A stretch of DNA of 64,000 bases from assembly GCA_973895155.1 (NCBI GenBank), contig OZ316899.1:643573-707572 (forward strand). Direction: 5' to 3'. Source of the DNA: Marsupella aquatica. Taxonomy: Eukaryota > Plantae > Marchantiophyta. This document shows positions 22,488 through 33,422 of this stretch, in pieces. Under the pieces are notes generated by a model that saw only the letters and a list, made by a program, of their open reading frames with translations, did no database searches and was not told where the DNA came from. The translations under genes were made by a program, and so were the position numbers. Position 1 is the first letter of the stretch; each line of letters begins with the position of its first letter.

Positions 22488-23301
22488 GTCTGATTGTTTC
22501 TGCTTTGGAACGTCCGTAGCATATAGTATTGAATGTCAAATCGGACCTTCCGATGCGTGTTGCATCAGACCCCTCCTCCGGCTCGTTATTCCTTGCTTTT
22601 AAGTGTGATACGTTGGAAATGGTATTGGACCCCTCGTGTTATGTTATTGGATAGGGGGTTAAGTAGGGCTTATGTAGGGGTCATGTAGGTGTATGTGGGA
22701 AGGACCGGTTGTATTAACATTTAATCGTCATGTATGTTTGAATCATGTTTTATAGGGCCATACATGTAGACACATACCGCAGGGGGTTGGCAACGGTGTC
22801 GTGGATGTGATCTATCGACCTTCTTGCAATTTTGGGGTTTGTACCTGAATCCAGATTTTTTTGTGATATACTTTGGTTATCCATGTTCAATTTGCTAATA
22901 TTCGTCTTTGGGTTTGATGTGCAGTACCTTGGTTTTGAAGGGGTGGTTAGGTTTTTGTAGGGTGTTAGCTAGGTAGGTTATTTTGCAATGCACTATGCAT
23001 AGTGTGAGACCGCGCATCCAAAAGGTATGATGCCCCATCCATTTATTCCTTGATCCTTTAGGCTATTTCAGGTTTGGCATGCAAGTTTTTATCATATGTG
23101 CTTGAGCTTGTTTTCGGCAATTGTAGATCATGCATGCTCATTATGAAAATGTCCACCTTGCAGAGATTTTGGATATCCCCACACTTTGTGTGTAGAGAAT
23201 ACGGCCTAGTAGGCATGGCAGAGCGCGGGTATCATTGAGGTATAGCAAGTGTTGTATATATGTCTCTCATTCAATTGTTTTTCTAGACATAAATATTTGT
23301 C

Positions 23302-23592
23302 TTGCTGGTTGTTTTCTTTCATCCAAAATATTGTCATGGTTGTATGATATATATGCAAATGTCTGCTTCCGATAGTTCCACGTCGGATTCAGACTCAGAC
23401 TCGAGCTCGTCTGAGGAGGAGGTTCCTCCACCCCCTCCTCCAGACCAACCTTGTGCTCGGCCACTAGGGTCCATACCTTGTTGGTGTGTGAGATGTAAGG
23501 GACTTGTGGTTCGACATGCCTGGGAGACTTGTGAGCACATCGAGAACTATGGTCGCCACGAGGGTGATACACCAGGGTATTTGCCTAGCCAG
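23302..23592 (+). CDS. Exon encoding a CACTA transposase-associated Cys/His domain
   Basis: Ser/acidic leader then IPCWCVRCKG..RH..TCEHIENYG; phase-0 donor cag|gtaata at 23593. Confidence 0.65.
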
Positions 23593-23717
23593 GTAATAAA
23601 TACATCCCTCCTTCATTCCATGAAATTCCAATAATTAGTCCACAATTGCTAAATTACTTTATATCTAAACAACAATTCATGTATTGATTTGTGTCAAATC
23701 ATTGTTTGTTGAAATAG

Positions 23718-24662
23718 GTGCCTCGTAGACCCCCACCTCCTCTGGTTGATAATGCTATGTGGTTGGAAGGGTTTCTAGCAAGGGCTAGTGAGTTGCTTGC
23801 ATCTGCCCTTGCCCATCCACCGCTTAGTCCCCCTGCTCCTATCCCCACACATGCGCATGTAGACAAGGATGCACCGGTCTCTCGACCCGAGGAAATGGAT
23901 ACTAGGGTCCTACATACACGTTCACGGTCTTGCAGACCTAGACGACAATATGAACCGGTGGAGCAGGTAGAGAATCGGGAGGAGGCGTTACGTAGTGATC
24001 GACTACCCGGAAATGGAGATTATAATTGTGTTGAGGGCCGGTTTGGACTATCTTATCTCACTGGTAGGGCTGCTGATGTTTGGAAGGACTTTTCTCCTAG
24101 TCTCTTCAAATTTCCAGATTTCATTCATACTGATGAACCAGTTGACATATGGGGTCGGCCTTGGATAGTGAAGGCATCCTCTATTGGTGCTGATATAGGA
24201 TATGGTCTATATGCTTTGGAGGACATTGTGGTCCCTCCAAAGCCATGGAGACGTGGATATGATGGAGAGCACCTTTTCCCTTACATTGGGGCGGTATATA
24301 ATGCAAAGAGTTGGAAGACTTTATTGCGTCAGCACCCAAGCTGGGGGGTGTACGCCTTGAGGATGGACTCAGACCCAGATGAGGTTTTGACTAGGCCGTG
24401 GCATTGTAGGATGATTGATGGTGACCCTATTCGGAATGGTAATTTAGCAGGGTACATCAATAGTACAACGGGTAGAGGTAGAGATTTTGAGGCTAATGTA
24501 GAGTGGATCCAAATTTTTGGCCCTCCTAGAGATCCGTATTTCGTGAAACATATGAATGACCATATCATGACAATAGCCATTAGGACTATTAGAGCCGGTG
24601 AGGAGATATTGTGTGAGTATGAGTGGGACGCCCCAAAATTGTCCCTACATTGCCGTCCATGA
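23718..24662 (+). CDS. SET-domain (lysine methyltransferase-like) exon inside the CACTA
   Basis: Phase-0 acceptor aaatag|GTG; motifs IGYGLYALEDI, FPYIG, IDG..GNLAGYIN, ANV and AIRTIRAGEEILCEY. Confidence 0.85.
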   Translation: MPRRPPPPLVDNAMWLEGFLARASELLASALAHPPLSPPAPIPTHAHVDKDAPVSRPEEMDTRVLHTRSRSCRPRRQYEPVEQVENREEALRSDRLPGNGDYNCVEGRFGLSYLTGRAADVWKDFSPSLFKFPDFIHTDEPVDIWGRPWIVKASSIGADIGYGLYALEDIVVPPKPWRRGYDGEHLFPYIGAVYNAKSWKTLLRQHPSWGVYALRMDSDPDEVLTRPWHCRMIDGDPIRNGNLAGYINSTTGRGRDFEANVEWIQIFGPPRDPYFVKHMNDHIMTIAIRTIRAGEEILCEYEWDAPKLSLHCRP

Positions 24663-24779
24663 TAGTATGTTGGACTTACATGCATGTAAATCTTACATTG
24701 AATTAATGAGATTCATGATGATTTATATATATATATATATATTGATGATTGTAATGAGATTAATGTTAATGAGATTGCA

Positions 24780-27700
24780 TTGATGTTGTATGATAGAATA
24801 AATATGTACAATCTGATATTGGGGTCATATCACGAGCTATGCGACAACACATTGTTGAGGCCATGGTGGCCAACCATGCCTGGGCATGATGGAGGGATGC
24901 AGGAGGATGATGTACAACATGAGGGTGATAATCCTACTCAAGCACATTTGGATGAGGAGAGGGCCATGGATGAGCTCATGGACCAATTTTATGATGATGA
25001 TGTTGATATTGGTATGGAGGATATGGGTACAACTGATGACAACACCACTCATCCAGGACCTTCTAGGGGGGGACAGAACAAGGATTGGGAGGAGGCTCAA
25101 CGTCATGCACGTACTCGCATATTTGAGGGTAGCACCTTATCTCGGCTCTCCGCAATAATGTTGTTGCTGAATGTGCAGCAAAGACATGGGGCCAACAACC
25201 TACTTTTGGATGATGTTTTTTGTACCTTGCATGATCGTATTTTGCCACCAAGCAATACCATGCCAGCCTCTTGGAAGGAGGCAAAACAAGTGTTGAAGTC
25301 CATTGGCCTCAAGTATGTAGTGATACATGCATGTGTGAATGATTGCATTCTTTTTAGGGGGGAGCATGAGAATGCAACTGCATGTCCTAAGTGTGAGAAG
25401 CCGCACTACCGTGATGACATGTTGACAGGGAAGGTGCCTCAAAAGGTTATGCGATACTTTCCTCTCATCCCCCGATTGCGACATCAGTACCGTTGTGCAG
25501 AGTTAGCTGAGTACATGGTATGGCACTCAAAGAATCATTTTGATATGGCTACGAACTCTAGTGCCATGCGGATGATGGTTGACTCTCCTGCCAATCAATT
25601 TGTTGAGGGCAGATGGGGGAGTTCAGCACTGAACCACGACATGTTTGACTTGGCTTGGCAGCTGATGGTATCAGCCCTTTTGCATTGGCAGGTAAAGCAA
25701 AACCATATTCAGTATGGCCAGTAGTTTGGCTAACTACAATATCCCTCCATGGATGGCCATGAAGAAAGGTCATTTATTGCTCTCCATGATCATCCCGAGT
25801 CCTAAGCAAGTAAAAAAGATTGACATCTACTTGCAACCATTGATTGATGAGCTTTTGCAACTGTGGAGAGTCCGAGTGGATTGTTATGACGGATGTCGCA
25901 ATACAGGAGGTGTACCTCGTGCGTTTACCCTCAAGGCCATCCTTATGTGGACCATGCATGACCTACCAAGTATGACCTGATAAACCTTAGCTTATTTCCT
26001 TGATGTACTACTTTAAATTTAGTGTGCATTAACCTTATTTCATAATTGGCTGGTTGTATATGGGCTTGGTACAGGGTTTGGGTATATCTCTGGATTGCAA
26101 ACATCAGGCTATCGAGCTTGCCCTTCATGCGGACCAGATTTGGAGGGAGTGGCAAGACGCAAGTCAAGTACTTTGCGTAAGATAGTTTACATTGGTCATA
26201 CCAAATATCTTCCAGCAGACCATCCTTGGAGGAGTGATCATTTCTTGTATGACACTGATGAGGGCCAACCTGATACTCGTCCTCAACCTCAGCGAAAGGA
26301 TCCAACATATTGGAGAGAGGTATGGGAGAGAGTTCAAGACCCTGATGATCCATTACAGTTTCTCCGATGTGGCATGACCCGTTTATCTGCATTGTCATAG
26401 TTGCCATATTGGTCAGAGATGCCCATTAATCACTTGTTGGATGCGATGCACATTGAGGGAAATGTGGGGAGATCATTGATTCGTCATCTATATGGGGAGA
26501 AGAACCACAACTGGAGAGAAAGTTGTGAGGAGATGGGGATACATGGTCTTTTGGGTTTTTGGCCATCTTTGGACCCCCCTGGTGATCCCCCTAGCATCCA
26601 TCCTCCTTGGGTTTTGACCAGGGCAGAGCGCATAGAGTTTTGCAGACGGATTGGGTCAATGAGGTTTTCCACAGGTTATGGTGCCAATCTTTGTAAGGCA
26701 TTTGGGGGGGGATGATTCTCCAAAATGGCCATCGTACCTGAAAACACATGATTATCATCGATTACTAGAATATGTCATTCCAGTTGCGATTATTGGATTG
26801 GGTAGTGAGGAACTTCGTGATGCTCTTTGGTCATTGGGCAAGTTTTTGAGATGGGTATGTCAGAAGGAGGTACTAGAGGATGACATTGCTGCAATGGAAA
26901 TATTTGGAGTAGAGGTTGTTTGCAAGTTGGAGAAGGCACTTCCACCCTCATTCTTTGATGGTCAGGTTCATTTCCTCATACATTTAGTGCATGAGGTAGC
27001 AATTGCAGGCCCGATACATTGTCGATGGATGTATTGGGTAGAGCGTTACATGGGGGTGATGAAGTCATATGTCTCTAATCGGGCTAGGGTGGAAGGTAGT
27101 ATTGCAGAGCGTCATCTTGGAGCACAGAGTATGTTTTATTGTACAAACATAGTTGCCACACTAGATCCAAGGGCACCTAGGGGATGGATAGATGAGGCGG
27201 CATGAGAGGCAGACTATGAGGATGATAGACTCACTGGGGCATCAGGAGAGCGTGGCTTAGGCTCAGCAGAGCATTTGCAACTTACAACATTTATGTTGTA
27301 TAACTCACCAGAGGTTGTAGGGGAGTGGACAACATTTTATGAGGAGGAGAAGCAAAATAGTCGATGGCCACGGTTGTTTCCCAAGTTTCACCCATACATG
27401 AAATCAAAGTTGTTAGAAGTGGATGCCTTGGTGGGTACCGAAGACCGTATATTACATTACCCACAAGTGACTGATAAGCTTTGTACCTTGGTTCATGGTC
27501 CACTACTTAAAGTCACGACTCGGATGTCAATGTGGTCAAAGGGGAGACATTTCCGTGTGGAACGACTTGATAAGAAGAGAGCAGCTACACAAGATTGTGG
27601 GGTGATGGGTTGGTTCACCCAGGATTCCCAAAGTAGCACGTCGGACATGAACCCCATTCGCTCCACCGTGGCCCATTATGGGAAGATTGATGAGATCCTG

Positions 27701-28045
27701 ACAGTGAAGTACCATGCACATACTACTTTGGAGGAGGTGGTATTTAAGTGCAAATGGTTCAAGATGAATCTTGTAGGCAACAATCGAACATGTGAAGATG
27801 ATGCGTGCGGATTTACTCGTTTGAAGACATCTACAAATAGTGTCATTAGTTCCAATTGGAGGTCCTCAGATCCCTTTGCCTTCCCATATCACCTTGAGCA
27901 GTGCTTTTACCTACCCTATCCAGATGACCCACATTGGTCCATTGTCATGCCTTATATCCCTAGATCACGGTCTATAGTCCAAGAGAGACCCAATGTCGTT
28001 GTAGTGGAAGACAACGACATCCCCGACCCTCCACAAGCTAGTTAG
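24780..28045 (+). pseudogene. CACTA TnpD/Tnp2-type transposase (Transposase_21, DUF4218 and DUF4216 regions)
   Basis: IHACVNDCILFRG, CPKC, YFPLIPRL, AADG, YNIPPW, HDLP, CPSC, DAMHIEGN, LKTHDYH, WMYWVERY, NRARVEGSIAE and FKCKWF; several frameshifts and stops, with an intron near 25970-26073. Confidence 0.95.
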
Positions 28046-28239
28046 TATATTTTGTATGTAGCTAGGCCCCCCCAACCACGCCACCTTCATGTTTTTTTTA
28101 ATCGGCAATATAAAAGTTGGCATCATTACTTCTTTAATTGTCATGGTATGCACATGCCCAAAATCTCTTGGTTATATATAGAAGTGTCCTTACCTTATAT
28201 ACCCTTCCTAAGAACCCCCTGCCTTATGTCCCATTGACC

Positions 28240-28776
28240 GTCCCATGAAAAAGCCATCGGATTTCCATTGCACCTTCTAAAAACAGAAACCAGACCGATA
28301 CTCCCAACTACAGACTATTCCATATAAAACCCATCGGACACACATTTCCGATCCTCTCCACAACGGAAACCTTCTCCTCCTTTGTTGATGAGATATCCGA
28401 TCCAACATCCGACGGACAATGTCCGACATAATTTTTTATGCACAAACTATCCGACCCTAAACCCAACGGACACAAATATCCGATGCATTCCATGACGGTC
28501 CTAGTCCGATACAACTACCAACGCAAACATCTTGCAATGCATTAAGGTTTGGACAAATTATGCGGTCATGGCGACATAGTTTTCGATATGTTTAGTGTCG
28601 GATACTGTCCAATAGTAGTACAAGGGACAGTGTATGCGATGGGTTTTACATCAGAATATGTAGGTCCGATGGTATCAGGATCGGAAAATACGTTGCAGGG
28701 CATATCGGATATTGTCCGAAGTGTTCGGCATGGGATGGGTGACGTTTGGCTCAAAAGGAGTATCGGAAAACCGCCA
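28240..28776. repeat. Right subterminal repeat field of the CACTA
   Basis: Dense ccgat/tcgga motifs mirroring the left end. Confidence 0.75.
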
Positions 28777-29044
28777 AAAATGTACTAGTGATGTTACACA
28801 AAAATAGATGCAAACATATTTCAAATTAACATAATACACCACAAATATATTTTCATTGTACATAACTCATATCTAATGTTTGACAAAATTATTAAGAGAG
28901 GATGGTTAGTAAGGTATGTAGGATCAATCACCTGAAATGTCTCCCTTGTGTCCACCCTAAACGATTCAGTAACTACCAAAATGTATCAAAACTTTGAGGC
29001 TACAACGTTCCGCTATTTCCTACAAGTAAATGTGTACACGAAAT

Positions 29045-30105
29045 TCATGTGAACGCCCCCAATTCAGCTCTTGCCGAGAGGAGGTCATTCATTTTTACCC
29101 ATAGATTCTGGACGTTGTCACACATCTCAGATAGCCTAGCCTGCACATCTACATGAAGGCTCATAAGCTTCTGGAAGTCTGACTTGCTGTCCGCGATCTC
29201 TGCATCCAAACTCTTCAGCAACTCCTTAGCAAACACGAAGTCAACATCAGCATTTCGAACACTCGGCACTAGTCGAGTCCTTGTGGCTGGTTGTGTTGTC
29301 ACGACCGCGGAACTTAGCTGCACCATCTACGGGCATCTTCAACGTCTCGTTCATTCTGTTTGCATCACCAACAGCCTTGCGATTATCTGGAGATCTCAAC
29401 AGACAAGGAGATTCACCATCACCGTCTGGCAGTGTGGTAGCCATTGCAATAGGATGCTTCCTGGGGCGACCTCGTTTCCTCTTCTCTGCCAAGAGCCGAG
29501 GAGCTTCATTATCAGGTAACGCGATTGACATTTCGATGGGTCACTTCCTGGGACAACCTCGTTTCCTCTTCTCTGTCAAGAGCCGAGGAGCTTCATTATC
29601 AGGTAACGCGATCGACATTACGATGGGATGCTTCCTCGGCCGACCTCGTTTCCTCTTCTCTGTCAAGAGCCGAGGAACTTCATTATCAGGTAACGCTATC
29701 GACATTACAATGGGATGCTTCCTCGGCCGACCTCGTTTCCTCTTCTGCGGGACGACGTCCAAAACGGCGGAGACAGTGGGTGTGTGCCTGTCTTGGACAC
29801 CGATCACAGACTCCACTCTGGCCATGGTGCTCTGCCCTGATGAGAAAGAAGGTGAAAAATTGGAGGGCACACCGCGCTGCCACATTGCCTTCACCTCCAT
29901 CTATCTAGTCCGTGTTGTGGTGACCTGCAACGTACAAGACAATCATCATCATCGCCACTACAAATCCAGCAATTATTGGTATCCTATCCCTAGACGGTTG
30001 AAGGGACAACAACGTCCGCTCGTAATAACAGGTACATGTCTTTTCACACACACTCGAGGTTTGGCCAACAAATGAGTTAATGTTGATTTGACCTGCAATG
30101 GTCAA
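29045..30105 (-). pseudogene. Protein with four tandem AT-hook repeats and a C-terminal coiled coil
   Basis: KRKRGRPRKH occurs four times (one as RGCP) in 29-aa repeats; TGA at 29541; a frameshift leads into the helical ELLKSLDAEIADSKSDFQKL segment. Confidence 0.65.
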
Positions 30106-30439
30106 GACTGTTAGGATTAGTTTTTGGTACTGTACGAGCGTATGATTCCACAGTTACTACGTAATCCCATTTCGGCGAGGATCTCTGAGATCAGAGGCCA
30201 GCGACTTCTTTGTTAGTTTGACGACAAAGAGTTTAGGGTATAAGTAGATCTCAGAGAGGGTCTCCGAGATCTGGTGGTTCTCTCACTCGGCAACGGTCAA
30301 AATTATGATCCTAAGTTCCATTTCGGCGAGGGTCTCTGAGATCCGGTTTCTTACTTTTCCTTGGTAAGTGCGATTTCGGCGAGGATCACAGACATCCGGT
30401 TGGGAAGTTCCATTCCGACGAAGTTCCATTCCTGCAAAG

Positions 30440-30765
30440 TTCCATTCCGGCGAGGGTCACTACATCCGGTTTCAGTGCCATTTCGGCGAGGGTCGCTGAC
30501 ATCCGGTTTCAGTGCCATTTCGGCGAGGCTCGTTGACATCCGGTTTTAGTGCCATTCCGGCAAGGGTTGCTGACATCCGGTTTTAGTGCCATTTTGGCGA
30601 GGGTCGCTGACATCTGGTTTTAGTCCCATTCCGGCGAGGGTCACTAACATCCGGTTTCAGTGCCATTTCGGCGAGGGTCGCTGACATCCGGTTTCAGTGC
30701 CATTTTGGCGAGGGTCACTGACATCCGGTTTCAGTGCCATTTCGGCAAGGGTCGCTCAGATCCGA
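30440..30765. repeat. Tandem array of a 37-bp unit (about 8.5 copies)
   Basis: Unit ccggtttcagtgccatttcggcgagggtcgctgacat starts at 30466, 30503, 30540 and onwards at 37-bp spacing. Confidence 0.92.
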
Positions 30766-31168
30766 CAAATGGCGAATGTCTCCAAGGTGAGTAGCGTTCA
30801 CGAACACTACATCTCGGAGACCCTCGCCGAATTCCAACGGTGCCGTTTGGATGTCGGCGAAGCCGCCGGGAGGGAAAAAAGACCACACCAATAGTATGAT
30901 AACGTAAGCTTTTTTATTATTGAAAAATGTCGTACAAAATTAGTCCATGATGCTACCCCTGACCTCATTACTACGTGATGAGTTCAAGTCATGACATGAC
31001 CTAGTGGCCAATGGACCCTATCGACAATGCTATCCGCGATGACCTCCTGTGCCTTCACAGTCAAATATCACTAGAATAAAGCCCGTAGCCATTGTTCGGA
31101 TTGTTGCTCGGCAATTTTTCTACATTGTCACACCATAAGATTGGGGTTAACCTGTTCTCCACCCAGTC

Positions 31169-31771
31169 CTAGACTCTTCCTAGCACATCTCCATCGAAGA
31201 ACTTATCATACAGATCCCTCTCATATATCTCCGTCCTCCAGACGTAGTTTGCCACCCAAGACTTGAGTGATGTAACTGACATCATAGAGAGGGCATCAAT
31301 AGGTGGAATTTGTCGTAAGAGAACACGGAACGTACACGCGGTTGAGTGATGATTCCAATGTCGGTTGTCGTCCATGTTTTCAATGACGTCCTTCACCACT
31401 TTTAACGCTGCCCATCCCTTGGAGTGAGTCACGAGGAATCTCCATTTCCTACTAACTCTGGACAATATGCGCATGTTGTCGATTGTCTTGAAGGTAGCAT
31501 CTTCATCAGTGCCATGTGCATTTGCAAACTCAAATGCATTTCTAAGTAGAGGCCAAACATGTCCCTCTGTCAGCATATCCGGGAGGCCAGGGATGAGACT
31601 CTACCTTTTTGCTTCTTCTGCTTCCTCCGGAATAGGCTCCCCAACAGTCCCCCATACTGAGAGCCGATCAAAATCAGCTTTCAATTTCAGCTCAATAATT
31701 GTCGCCGTAAACTTATCAAGGCGTGTAGCGCACTTTTCATGATAACGCCTCTTCGTGTATGATCCTTCCAT
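31169..31771 (-). pseudogene. F-box-like protein A
   Basis: MEGSYTKRR...AKR*SLIPGLPDMLTEGHVWPLL...ILSRVSRKWRFLV; one in-frame TAG. Confidence 0.7.
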
Positions 31772-32105
31772 GTTGGCGAGCCGCTTGAAGCAAGTTTAGC
31801 CACTTGAAGCACGCGTGAGATGAAGATGACACCCAACAGATTGAACACAACAACCAACCAACCGAACAAGCGGATGAAGAATAGAGAAAGTGCCCTCCTC
31901 TTTATAACGATAGCGACATTGACATATTGGTTTCGACGGTCTCCACCTGCAAAGTCTGCGGGTTGATCTTGACCCTGTAGGGGCTGCGCGCCGGTCGCGC
32001 AACGGGCGTAGAACGTCTGCCTTTGTGGGGAGGCTCTCCCTAAGAAATGAACAGCGATGTCATTTTTGCCCAGTGCGATGAATGTCAAAGTGTAGAAATT
32101 CAACC

Positions 32106-32410
32106 AAGCGCAGGGATAAGTGAGAAGGACGTTGAAAACCCTAACAAAGAGTGAAGAGGAAGAGGAAGAGTAAGGAAGAAGGGAGCACGTACCGCACGTA
32201 CCGCACCGCACAAAACTACGTCATGGATACGGGACATCCCAACTATACTTGACAACGTACATCTTGTTAACGGACCAAACAAGAAAGTACGCAAGGGAAG
32301 TACGCAAGGGTCTAGGATTTACGGCCCAGTATAGGGGGTACATGTTTAGGGTTTAGGTTTTAGGGTAAACCCTAAACGGTCCAAATGTCGAAGACCCTCG
32401 CCGAGAATTG
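32106..32410 (-). promoter_or_regulatory. Shared upstream module, copy 1
   Basis: Reverse-complement homologue of 43955-44339; contains gtaccgcac repeats and aaaccctaa telo-box-like sites; lies upstream of F-box gene A. Confidence 0.65.
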
Positions 32411-32468
32411 ATAGTGAAAGACAGGAAGGATCTCATGTCGCCAAGTATTTATTACTCAAAAAAGTTGT

Positions 32469-32736
32469 ACAAAATTAGTCCATGATCTCTAAATCTAAAC
32501 CAGGTGTGGCGTACTCCTGCATATTCTATAAACTAAACCGATAATGACATGAAGTGCACCTAAAAGTTGTCATGATTCACACTTACACCTTGGTCAAGTC
32601 TTACAAAATTAGTCCATAATCTCTAAATCTAAACCAGGTGTGGCGTACTCCTGCGTATTCTATACACTAAATCGATAATGACATGAAGTGCACCTAAAAG
32701 TTGTCACGATTGACACTTACACCTTGATCAAGTCTT
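32469..32736. repeat. Tandem duplication of a 134-bp unit at the 3' end of F-box gene B
   Basis: 32469-32602 and 32603-32736 both run acaaaattagtccat...caagtctt. Confidence 0.92.
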
Positions 32737-33422
32737 TCCTGAACCTGCTCAGTGTACCAATTATCAAGACGAGTCCTTTTCCAAGCATCTACTCGTTCTT
32801 GCTGAACACCATATATCAACAGATAACAGTCCGCTTCCTTCGAATCACATAATAACCAGGAATTGATCCTCTCATTTAAGATATCATCAGCCAACCGAGC
32901 CCAAACATCAATCGGTGGGAACGCTCTCATTGACTCACGAAAGAAGTGAGGTGTCAATTCAGGCCATCTTGTGGCACAAAATATCACAGCAGTAGTCATT
33001 GCAGCCCATGCTATGGAGTTTGTTATCAAATATCTCCATTTCCTGTTGATATGCGCAACAGACCGCACCATCAGGCACATATTCCTCACTGGAGCATCCA
33101 CAAGCACAACATCTTCCAACATTGATCAGATCCGGGGCCATATGTGCAACTCCACAAGATCATCAGGCAATCCCGGAATCAAGTTACCGGCTGGAGGGCG
33201 ACATCGTAGGGGATAACGAGAGGAGGGGAGATTCCAGATGCGAGCACGGTCTTGTTCTTTACTAGCAAGAAGCGTCTGCAATTCCGATGTAAGCCTTTCT
33301 TGTGTCCTATCAATCACCATCTCACGTCCGCCTGCACTAGGATCCATAGTTTTGAACAAAGCAACAACCCTCATCCCAAGGACCCAAGCGGGTTTAGGGT
33401 CGAATCTGAGCCTCGCCAACAT
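32694..33422 (-). pseudogene. F-box-like protein B
   Basis: LIPGLPDDLVELHIWPRI*SMLED...VAHINRKWRYLI; the two ORFs are in the same frame with one stop. Confidence 0.72.

Larger units (their letters stand above)
18930..28790 (+). mobile_element. CACTA (En/Spm) DNA transposon, 9861 bp
   Basis: 14-bp TIR CACTAGTACATTTT at both ends, 3-bp TSD ATG (18927-18929 and 28791-28793), subterminal repeats, and a TnpD-type transposase. Confidence 0.96.

Noticed and set aside
23718-24662. SET ORF as a host histone methyltransferase gene
   Set aside because: It lies wholly between matched CACTA TIRs with a TSD and splices to a transposase-associated exon.
29281-30075. 264-aa plus-strand ORF with FLGRPRFLFS repeats
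   Set aside because: It is the antisense shadow of the AT-hook repeat frame (KRKRGRPRK) on the minus strand.
30440-30765. 37-bp periodic array as a CRISPR array
   Set aside because: The units are head-to-tail with no unique spacers, there are no cas genes, and the context is eukaryotic.
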